From a virus (Duplodnaviria; Caudoviricetes), in IMG/VR virus record IMGVR_UViG_3300031993_000010, positions 32,001-96,000 of that record: 64,000 bases of DNA; one strand, written 5' to 3'. Numbering within the stretch: position 1 is the first letter of the stretch; each line of letters opens with the position of its first letter. This document shows, piece by piece, positions 55,823 through 63,593 of the stretch. The position numbers and the translations under genes were made by a program. Below the pieces are notes generated by a model. It ran no database searches. It was not told where the DNA came from and saw only the letters and a list, made by a program, of their open reading frames with translations.

Positions 55823-57047
55823 AGAAATTGAAGATTTAGGTTTATTGTTATATCGATATGTACGTGGGTCACATGCATACGGAACACAGTTACCTGGTGG
55901 TGTATCAGATATTGATGAGGGAGGTGTCTTTTTGGAACCCGCCAACCAAGTCATAGGTCTCGGTCTTGACTTTCAAGACCAAATACAGGATGAGAAACAT
56001 GACAAGGTGTGGTACTCCCTGAAGAAATACCTCAACCTGCTTTGTACATCCAACCCGAACATGTTGGAGAGTCTTTTTGTGGATGACGAGTTCGTAATAT
56101 ATGAACATCCAATCATAACCGAAATAAAGAAACATCGGCAGGAGTTTGTGACGAAGGAGTGCTTCAATGCTTTTATAGGTTATTCAATAACGCAGATACA
56201 ACGGGCACGTGGTCTCAACAAGAAAATTGTCAATCCGATAGAGAAACGGCTTTGGCCGCTTGACTTCTGTTTCGTTCCGTATAAGCAGGGCAGTTCCAAC
56301 ATAAGGGAATGGCTGAAGCACCGTGGGTTGGAACAGAAGTACTGTGGTCTTGTGTCTATCAACAACATGCCTGGGTGTTACGGTATCTATTACGATTGGG
56401 GTGCACATAACAGTGAAAAATACAAGGATTACAGTGAGTTTGAAACTGATGAGGTGTACTATCGTTTCGTTGAGTCAACCTTCGACGACCCGTATATCGG
56501 TGACATCGAGACGTTCATGATGAGTTGGTGGTTTGAGAAAAACCAAAAACCGATAGGGTATAGAGGTATTGTGCGTGAGGATGGTAACAGTGACGATGTA
56601 AGGTGCAGTTCGGTGGAAAGGGACATTAGTCCGATAGTGACAATGTGTTATAACCAAAACGGATTCGAGTCACACTGCAGAAAGTGGAAAGAATATCAGG
56701 ATTGGGTGAAGAAACGCAACCCTGTGCGTTATGAGAGCAACCTTGGTCACAATTACGACAGCAAAAACGTCATGCATTGTTTCCGCCTCATGAACATGGG
56801 ATTGGAAATCGCCAAGACGGGAGAGGTGCATGTCAACCGCAAGGGAATTGACGCAGATTTTCTGCTTGACGTGCGGAACCACAAGTTCGAGTACGACTAC
56901 CTCATAGACCTGCTTGAGGGTCGCAAGGCGGAACTTGACGAGGCAATAGCCAATTCGACATTGCCCGATACAATATCCCGTGAGTTTGTAAACGACTTGC
57001 TTGTGGATATCAGGCGAAAGACACTCTCGGATGCATTGTTGAAATAG
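55803..57047 (+). CDS. RlaP-like (DNA pol beta superfamily) nucleotidyltransferase
   Basis: RGSHAYG...SDIDEGGVF, SNPNMLE, YDSKNVMHCFRL. Confidence 0.85.
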   Translation: MKKYGFKEIEDLGLLLYRYVRGSHAYGTQLPGGVSDIDEGGVFLEPANQVIGLGLDFQDQIQDEKHDKVWYSLKKYLNLLCTSNPNMLESLFVDDEFVIYEHPIITEIKKHRQEFVTKECFNAFIGYSITQIQRARGLNKKIVNPIEKRLWPLDFCFVPYKQGSSNIREWLKHRGLEQKYCGLVSINNMPGCYGIYYDWGAHNSEKYKDYSEFETDEVYYRFVESTFDDPYIGDIETFMMSWWFEKNQKPIGYRGIVREDGNSDDVRCSSVERDISPIVTMCYNQNGFESHCRKWKEYQDWVKKRNPVRYESNLGHNYDSKNVMHCFRLMNMGLEIAKTGEVHVNRKGIDADFLLDVRNHKFEYDYLIDLLEGRKAELDEAIANSTLPDTISREFVNDLLVDIRRKTLSDALLK

Positions 57048-57056
57048 TAACTTGGG

Positions 57057-57085
57057 AAAACGCAGCCGACAAAGGTTGCGTTTTT
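57057..57085 (+). terminator. Rho-independent terminator
   Basis: aaaacgcagcc-gacaaa-ggttgcgttttt. Confidence 0.8.
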
Positions 57086-57138
57086 CATTTTATATGATAT
57101 TTATTAATATAATAAGAAAAAAAATATTGGAATATCAT

Positions 57139-57906
57139 ATGAAACGTACAGTCAGATTGACAGAATCCGAATTGAAACAATTGGTCAAGGAAAGCGTTAT
57201 TACAATCCTTAACGAAAATGTTGATGAATTTTCCTTTGGCGGTGTTATGAACAAGGCGAAAAAGGGATTTAAGAACACATTTGGTCAGAAAGACACCATC
57301 CGTGGCATAAACGACCTGAAAAGTGGTGTCAGCAAATACCTTGAAGGCACCAACTACAGAATAGGTACAAACCAAAAATATCCGTATTCTGTGTTCATTA
57401 TCGATGCCGAGGCTCAGAAGACAGTTGGTAAGATAACCTATTCGTTCAACGACGACCTTTTCACATATAACATGCCTGGGCATAACGGTGAGGTGAATTC
57501 ATCCAACACAATAGAAGATGCTGTCAACAACATATTGAGCAACGCAAAACGTTTGGTGAATGAGAAGACGTACAAAGGTGATAGAAAACGTGGTAACCCC
57601 AACTATTCCGATGATGCGATGGACAAATTCGAAAGAAAAGCCAAGAAAGGTATGCCGCAAAAGAAAGTTCAGAAGCGTGTGAATCCGTATGACTACATGG
57701 ATGAATCCCTCAATGTAAACGAAAAAACAAACAAGGGTAGCAGAAACGGTGAGAATGCAAACTACTCTGACAATGGTGACAGAAAGAGGAAACAGCCTTA
57801 TAAGAAAATGCCGAAACATGTAAGCCCATATGATTTCGAAGACAATGAGGTTTTGCGCAGTCAGGTGAGGGAGTGTATCAAAAGCATGCTGACCGACAGA
57901 AAATAA
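57139..57906 (+). CDS. Putative head internal polyprotein with capsid-targeting-like leader and duplicated basic peptide
   Basis: MKRTVRLTESELKQLVKESVITILNE; two VNEKT.KG...NYSD...V.PYD units; ATATTTAT at 57097-57104. Confidence 0.6.
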   Translation: MKRTVRLTESELKQLVKESVITILNENVDEFSFGGVMNKAKKGFKNTFGQKDTIRGINDLKSGVSKYLEGTNYRIGTNQKYPYSVFIIDAEAQKTVGKITYSFNDDLFTYNMPGHNGEVNSSNTIEDAVNNILSNAKRLVNEKTYKGDRKRGNPNYSDDAMDKFERKAKKGMPQKKVQKRVNPYDYMDESLNVNEKTNKGSRNGENANYSDNGDRKRKQPYKKMPKHVSPYDFEDNEVLRSQVRECIKSMLTDRK

Positions 57907-57933
57907 TTGAATTGTATATTAACGTTTTTTAAG

Positions 57934-57964
57934 AAAAAACCTCATTGTTATGTGAGGTTTTTTT
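57934..57964 (+). terminator. Rho-independent terminator overlapping the next promoter
   Basis: aaaaaacctca...tgaggttttttt. Confidence 0.8.
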
Positions 57965-57966
57965 GT

Positions 57967-57981
57967 TATCTTTGCAAACGT
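57967..57981 (+). promoter_or_regulatory. Class A promoter TATCTTTG-CAAACGT
   Basis: Fifth copy of the motif. Confidence 0.75.
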
Positions 57982-58004
57982 AAAACAAAAACATTTAACG
58001 GACA

Positions 58005-58538
58005 ATGGTAGTTATACACATAGATGCAGCATATGACACAAAGGTACTGTCGAAGGTTTACGACGGGGTGGACTGCACACTGTTCTATAACCCGTCGGAC
58101 AATGACGTTGATACAATAATCGACGCAATTGAAACCGACGACGGTCCTGTGGTACTGATGGGGCACGGTTCCCCGTTGGGGCTTCTCAACTCCACAATGT
58201 CCGATTACCTGATTGATTTCAGGTGGGGCAATATACTGATGAAAAAGGTGGTGATTGGGATATGGTGCTATGCCGCCGAGTTTGCCGACACCTATTGTCT
58301 GCACGGATTCTTTACCTCAATGTTCGTCTCAAACCTCAACGAGGCAGTAGACCACGGGGTCGGGAACACCACAGATGAGACAATACAGTCCGAAATGGAT
58401 TGGTTCTGCACAGAGGTGAATTCGTACATCAAGAACGAGGTTCCGTTGTCACAGTGGGTTGACAGGCTTCAGTCATCTTGCCACAAGGAACATGATTTTG
58501 TGAAATATAACTATGAGGCACTTTCTTATTTTGAATAA
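58005..58538 (+). CDS. Hypothetical protein, possible caspase/gingipain-fold (His-Cys) peptidase
   Basis: VVLMGHGS and VIGIWCYA resemble clan CD catalytic His and Cys motifs. Confidence 0.4.
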   Translation: MVVIHIDAAYDTKVLSKVYDGVDCTLFYNPSDNDVDTIIDAIETDDGPVVLMGHGSPLGLLNSTMSDYLIDFRWGNILMKKVVIGIWCYAAEFADTYCLHGFFTSMFVSNLNEAVDHGVGNTTDETIQSEMDWFCTEVNSYIKNEVPLSQWVDRLQSSCHKEHDFVKYNYEALSYFE

Positions 58539-58550
58539 AACAACAACAGC

Positions 58551-59975
58551 ATGACAATAACAGAATATAAGGAAATAATAACATATCTAAAAGGTTGCAT
58601 ACAGGGTAGCGACTTTGAAAACCACACGTTTGTTGTGGGAGGTGCGGTACGTGATTTTTTAATGTACAACCCTATCAAGGATATTGACCTTGTGATTGAC
58701 ATTCCTGACGGAGGTTTGAAGTTCGCCGAATGGATGAAGGAACAGGGATATACGGTCGGAAGTGTGGTTACATACCCGACATACGGCACGGCAATGTTCA
58801 AACTTGCTGCATACCCCGACATTGAATTGGAATGTGTGCAGACGAGGGGAGAACAGTACCACGACAAGAACAGCAGAAACCCTGAAACCTGTTTCGCAAC
58901 CATCAAGGAAGATGCTTTCAGGAGAGACTTGACAATCAATGCAGTGTACCACAATGTAAGCACAGGTGAAATTCTTGACATCACAGGCAAAAGCCTTGAC
59001 GACATCAAGAATCACGTGATACGGTGCGCAAACGACAACCCAGACGTGGTGTTTATGGACGACCCTTTGAGAAATATGAGGGTGTGCAGGTTTTCAGCCC
59101 GTTATGGTTGGAAGATAGAGAAAGAGACGTACATGTCCATGATACGTAATGTTGCCCGTCTCGAGATAATCACCAAGGAACGCATACAAGACGAACTGAT
59201 GAAAATACTCACCTGTAAGAATCCTGTGATGGGACTTGAGGAATTGGAGGATATGGGTGCGTTGGAGTATGTGATTCCAGAACTTGAGGAAACGGTTGGA
59301 ATGGAACAGAACAAATACCATTTTGGCGATGTGTGGGAACACACTCTCAGGGTTGTGGAGAACGCAAGCAAGATGGCGGTTGAGAACGATTATGACAAAC
59401 AAGTGCTGATGATGGCAGCGTTACTGCATGACATTGGAAAGATAAAGACCCGTTCCGAGAAAGACGGAAAAGTACATTTCCTGTTCCACGAAGTCGAGGG
59501 GGCGAAACTTGCCGAGGGGATAATGAGAAGGCTGAAATTCAGCAACGATTTCATTTCCAAGGTTTCATTCCTTGTAAGGGAACACATGAGATTCAAAAGT
59601 TTTGGTGATGAAGTACCGTCTGACAAGGCATTGAGGAAATTCCAGTATCTCTGCAAGGACAAGGAACTTTTCAAACTCTGTGTCTATCTGATACATGCCG
59701 ACAATACAGCACATGCCGAGGAATACTGTCTACCAAACCAATGCAGGAAAATACTCGAGCGTTCGGAGGAACTTGAGAAATACGGTGAATCCATGTTCGG
59801 GTACAAACTACCTATAAACGGATTTGACATCATGAAAATCAGGGGAATAGACAGTGGACCTGATATAAAGAAGTGTCAGGATTATCTGATAAAGTTGGCA
59901 TACAACGGAGTCGGCAAACTTGACAAGACAAGGTGCATACAGATGGTAAAAAGTTTCAACCCGCAAAAAAGTTAG
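58551..59975 (+). CDS. cca: CCA-adding tRNA nucleotidyltransferase with HD domain
   Basis: VGGAVRD, DIDL, DAFRRDLTIN, DDPLR, ERIQDEL, HTL...LLHDIGK. Confidence 0.92.
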   Translation: MTITEYKEIITYLKGCIQGSDFENHTFVVGGAVRDFLMYNPIKDIDLVIDIPDGGLKFAEWMKEQGYTVGSVVTYPTYGTAMFKLAAYPDIELECVQTRGEQYHDKNSRNPETCFATIKEDAFRRDLTINAVYHNVSTGEILDITGKSLDDIKNHVIRCANDNPDVVFMDDPLRNMRVCRFSARYGWKIEKETYMSMIRNVARLEIITKERIQDELMKILTCKNPVMGLEELEDMGALEYVIPELEETVGMEQNKYHFGDVWEHTLRVVENASKMAVENDYDKQVLMMAALLHDIGKIKTRSEKDGKVHFLFHEVEGAKLAEGIMRRLKFSNDFISKVSFLVREHMRFKSFGDEVPSDKALRKFQYLCKDKELFKLCVYLIHADNTAHAEEYCLPNQCRKILERSEELEKYGESMFGYKLPINGFDIMKIRGIDSGPDIKKCQDYLIKLAYNGVGKLDKTRCIQMVKSFNPQKS

Positions 59976-59994
59976 ACCTTTTGCGGGTTTTTTT
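59958..59994 (+). terminator. Rho-independent terminator
   Basis: aacccgcaaaa...ttttgcgggtt followed by a T run. Confidence 0.8.
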
Positions 59995-60003
59995 GTTATA
60001 AAA

Positions 60004-60014
60004 TAGTATATTTG
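60004..60014 (+). promoter_or_regulatory. Class B promoter TAGTATATTTG
   Basis: Upstream of yqeY. Confidence 0.7.
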
Positions 60015-60042
60015 TCTGTGAACATTAAAATGCAAGACGAAT

Positions 60043-60477
60043 ATGCTGAAAGAACAAATTGACAAACTCATTGCAAATGCAATGATTGCTAAAGATGAAA
60101 AGCGTCTTGGCGTACTGCGTATGACCAAGAGTGCAATGTTGGTACTTGAGAAGTCGGGCGCCGAGTACAACGAGGCTTCGGAGTTGAAAATTCTTTTGAA
60201 GATGAAGGCTGCCATGGAGGATTCCATAACACAGTTCACCGCATGCGGAAGAACCGACCTTGCCGACAACGAGAAGGCGGATTTGGATATTCTCAACGAG
60301 TTTCTTCCAAAAGAAGCGTCGGAAGACGACATAAAGGCCTATACCAACGAGGTGATAGACGGATTGGGACATGATGTTTCCATGAGGGACATGAAAACAT
60401 TGCTCTCGGCGGTGCAGGCTAAATATCCCACAGCCAACGGAAATATTGTTTCCGAGGTGGTTAAAAGCAGAATGTAA
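60043..60477 (+). CDS. yqeY: GatB/YqeY domain protein
   Basis: AMIAKDEKRLGVLRM, SITQF..GRTDLA..E, FLPK, RDM. Confidence 0.88.
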   Translation: MLKEQIDKLIANAMIAKDEKRLGVLRMTKSAMLVLEKSGAEYNEASELKILLKMKAAMEDSITQFTACGRTDLADNEKADLDILNEFLPKEASEDDIKAYTNEVIDGLGHDVSMRDMKTLLSAVQAKYPTANGNIVSEVVKSRM

Positions 60478-60506
60478 TAAAATAATAAAACAAACAAATA
60501 AAAATT

Positions 60507-60722
60507 ATGAAATATCCTTATTTAGGCTACAAATTGGATGAACAAGACAGAATGAACGTTGTCTTTTTCACAAGTGAGGATGAGGGCGTTGTTGTCCTCG
60601 ACCAAACCCATGAGGAAGGACAGACCTTCGGCACAAACAGTACGTTCAATGAAGACGATTACGATTTTCTCCCCGACAAAGACAGCAACGGTCAGGAAGT
60701 ATGCGTAAGACTTGCCAATTAA
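60507..60722 (+). CDS. Hypothetical protein
   Basis: A-rich leader and clean ORF. Confidence 0.55.
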   Translation: MKYPYLGYKLDEQDRMNVVFFTSEDEGVVVLDQTHEEGQTFGTNSTFNEDDYDFLPDKDSNGQEVCVRLAN

Positions 60723-60745
60723 TAATCATTTAAAACCATTTAATT

Positions 60746-61066
60746 ATGACGTTAGACGAATTTAAAAGCATTATTGCAGAGAAACCTATGGTAGTGATGA
60801 AATGCTCTGCGGAATGGTGCCAACCTTGTAAGGTTCTTGAAAAGACACTGTTGGGTATTGAACCCGATTATCCATCAATTGAATTCATCCACTGTGACGT
60901 TGAGGAGTCAGACGAAATCGCCGCAGCATACCGCATCAGAAGCGTACCGACGATGTTCTATATCGTCAACGGTGAGATAGTCGACAAGACTGTCGGTTCT
61001 GTTTCCGAGACAACATTGAAAGAGAAACTTGACGCAATGTCCACCAAAACAGAAAACAATGGATAA
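60746..61066 (+). CDS. trxA: Thioredoxin
   Basis: SAEWCQPCK, IRSVPT. Confidence 0.9.
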   Translation: MTLDEFKSIIAEKPMVVMKCSAEWCQPCKVLEKTLLGIEPDYPSIEFIHCDVEESDEIAAAYRIRSVPTMFYIVNGEIVDKTVGSVSETTLKEKLDAMSTKTENNG

Positions 61067-61826
61067 GGAAGAACTGAACAACAGCACAATCATCCGCAAC
61101 GTTTCGGTTGACCAAAGCGAGATATTGCACAACATAATGGTTTTGTACAACGACAACAAACCATTTGACTGCGACATGACAGCAAGCACCCTTGCGTTCT
61201 ACAGGAAAACCAAGGGTGATGCCTATGAGATACCCACTCCCAAAACTCTGTTCGACGTATGCCCACAGGTTGAAGGCTGCCAAAAGATAGAACCGTATAA
61301 ACCTTTGCCTTTGGAGGACAACAGTGTCGGAAGCCTTGTCATTGACTTGCCGTTCATAATATCGAGTATGGAAGCACCTTCAAAGGACAAAGACGGGGCA
61401 AACATGATAATGAACAGGTTTGCTTCCTTCTATCCTGTGGATTTGCTGTATTACAACTACGCATATTGGATAAAGGAAGCCTACAGGGTGGTGAAACCCG
61501 ATGGCATAGTTGTGTTCAAGACGCAGAGTGTGATAAGTGGAGGCATTCGTATCAATACCGAGGCATACAGTTTCATGTGTGCAATGTACAATGGTTTCAC
61601 AATTGAAGACCAATTCACGCTTATTGCGAACAACAGAATCATTTCTCCGAGCAAGTACAAGAAACAGGTGCATGCAAGGAGTTACACAAGTCAGTTCTTC
61701 GTGTTCAAGAAAACCTTGAAGAAGAAGAGCAAGGATTTCAACTATTGGACAGCGATACCGCTGATATACGAAAATATGGACAAATTGTCCAATGACGTGT
61801 TAATAAAGGATTTAGCAAAAAAGTAA
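61059..61826 (+). CDS. Putative DNA methyltransferase (DxPF type)
   Basis: DCDMT, VIDLPF, EAYRVVKPDGIVVFK, QVHAR. Confidence 0.65.
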   Translation: MDKEELNNSTIIRNVSVDQSEILHNIMVLYNDNKPFDCDMTASTLAFYRKTKGDAYEIPTPKTLFDVCPQVEGCQKIEPYKPLPLEDNSVGSLVIDLPFIISSMEAPSKDKDGANMIMNRFASFYPVDLLYYNYAYWIKEAYRVVKPDGIVVFKTQSVISGGIRINTEAYSFMCAMYNGFTIEDQFTLIANNRIISPSKYKKQVHARSYTSQFFVFKKTLKKKSKDFNYWTAIPLIYENMDKLSNDVLIKDLAKK

Positions 61827-61827
61827 T

Positions 61828-62043
61828 ATGCAATACAGAAGATTTATATTAAAGAGAGACTATGAATGCGAGTTCGGCACATTGCCCGTCAACTCACAGA
61901 TTGACATCTACGGTGACAGAATAATGTTCAACGGCGGCATGATTGAACCGCAGTATTACAGTGTCCTTGAAAGCCTAATCAACACCCCCGAACTATTTGA
62001 CAAATACCTGAGGGAAGTTGTCATACCTGTAAACAAGATTTGA
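61828..62043 (+). CDS. Hypothetical protein
   Basis: ORF in the gene run. Confidence 0.55.
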   Translation: MQYRRFILKRDYECEFGTLPVNSQIDIYGDRIMFNGGMIEPQYYSVLESLINTPELFDKYLREVVIPVNKI

Positions 62044-62044
62044 A

Positions 62045-62785
62045 ATGGATGAAATGGTTTTAACAAACTACTACAACAGGGAACCGATTTCTCACATTGT
62101 TGCAGGTCCACCTGTCCTTCGTTTCAGTATTGAGGAGATTCCATATATACTGTTTACAAGCGATATGCATCTGCAACACAATAATATCATATCCTTTACC
62201 CACCGTCCGTATACAACTGTCGAGGAAATGAACATTGACTTGGTGCGGAATTGGAACAAGGAAGTGGAAAGTGTTGGTAGGAATAAGGCTATTGTCATTC
62301 ATTGCGGAGACTTTATCTTTGGAACCAAACGTGCCTACAATTTCTATATCAACAGGCTTCTCGGTTCCAAGATATACATGGTTATCGGCAACCACGACAT
62401 CAAGAATGTTATAAATCAATACAAGTTCGAAATAGATGGCAATGAGCGCATCGTGTGGAACGGTGAATATCTTGTGGAAATTTTCGATGAGGACAAGAAG
62501 AAAGTGACCACCTTTACGGTCAGTCACCATCCATACATGTCTTTCAACGGGGCATTCAACTTGCATGGTCATCTCCATACACCTCCTGACTTACAATATT
62601 ATACGGGTAGTGATAAGGTTATTGGCGAAAAACTGCGTGAGATGGGTAACTACTATGACGTGGGTGTTGACGGAAACGGATACAAACCAGTCCGATTGTC
62701 GGACATATTGACAGGTAACACCATTTCACCCAAAATGAAATGCGTGGATTACGAATTTTGGCAGAATAAACTGATTAAAAAATAG
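62045..62785 (+). CDS. Calcineurin-like metallophosphoesterase
   Basis: FTSDMHLQH, HCGD, GNHD, SHHP, LHGHLH, DVGVD. Confidence 0.88.
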   Translation: MDEMVLTNYYNREPISHIVAGPPVLRFSIEEIPYILFTSDMHLQHNNIISFTHRPYTTVEEMNIDLVRNWNKEVESVGRNKAIVIHCGDFIFGTKRAYNFYINRLLGSKIYMVIGNHDIKNVINQYKFEIDGNERIVWNGEYLVEIFDEDKKKVTTFTVSHHPYMSFNGAFNLHGHLHTPPDLQYYTGSDKVIGEKLREMGNYYDVGVDGNGYKPVRLSDILTGNTISPKMKCVDYEFWQNKLIKK

Positions 62786-62788
62786 ATT

Positions 62789-63529
62789 ATGACAGACAAA
62801 GAACTTTGGGAAAAAAGATGCATTCCCGCACTGAATGAAATGTATCTGATGTCAGATACGGTCTTTGGCAAGAGTGAATTTCCTTCGGACTTCGAATACA
62901 CGTTTGAAAACATAATGAAATACTCTCCAAAGATGGAAGACGGGCGGTGTGAGTTTCCGCTTTACGCATTCTTTTCAGACAAGGAGAAAAACGAGGAAAT
63001 AATGAAAAAGGCTACAGCACGTCTTCGGTCGTGGTATGTTTTCCCTTATCGGAGTGAGATTATATATGATGATGAACAGATTGCCGAGATGAAGGAAAAA
63101 ATAAAGAAACTGTCCGAAGATAAGGAGAAGAACAGTTTTGAAATTGCACTCCTTGAGGAGAAAATCATATACAATGACATCTACAAGGAACGCCATCAAC
63201 TGTGGCTTGAATACAAAGCCAAGTACGATGAAATCGAACAGTCATTTCAAAACAAGGAAATCGACAGGAAAGCCTACAACCAAAAGAAAAAGGATTTGTA
63301 CAAAGAATACAAATGCACCAAGCGTGGCGAGAGCGAAAGGGTAAGATGGACAGTGTTCAACTATGAACCCAACAACAATGAAGAAATCTTCAATTCACTG
63401 AAGAAAGCCTATAATGGTGAAGATTACGATTGGCATAACAAGGATTTCATCGACACGACGGTCAAATCCATCCGTGAATTTGTAAATAATGTAAAGACCA
63501 ATACAATTACAGTGACGAAATATGAGTAG
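62789..63529 (+). CDS. Hypothetical coiled-coil protein
   Basis: 246-aa ORF. Confidence 0.55.
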   Translation: MTDKELWEKRCIPALNEMYLMSDTVFGKSEFPSDFEYTFENIMKYSPKMEDGRCEFPLYAFFSDKEKNEEIMKKATARLRSWYVFPYRSEIIYDDEQIAEMKEKIKKLSEDKEKNSFEIALLEEKIIYNDIYKERHQLWLEYKAKYDEIEQSFQNKEIDRKAYNQKKKDLYKEYKCTKRGESERVRWTVFNYEPNNNEEIFNSLKKAYNGEDYDWHNKDFIDTTVKSIREFVNNVKTNTITVTKYE

Positions 63530-63593
63530 GAAATTAATTAAAAATGCATCATAAAATGAAGAAATTTTAATTTTATGTGATATTTATTAATAT

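Noticed and set aside
54330-55870. Group I intron or intein housing the GIY-YIG gene
   Set aside because: There are only about 75 nt of AT-rich non-coding sequence upstream and none downstream, the junctions do not fit the U-before/G-last rule in frame, and there are no intein splice motifs.
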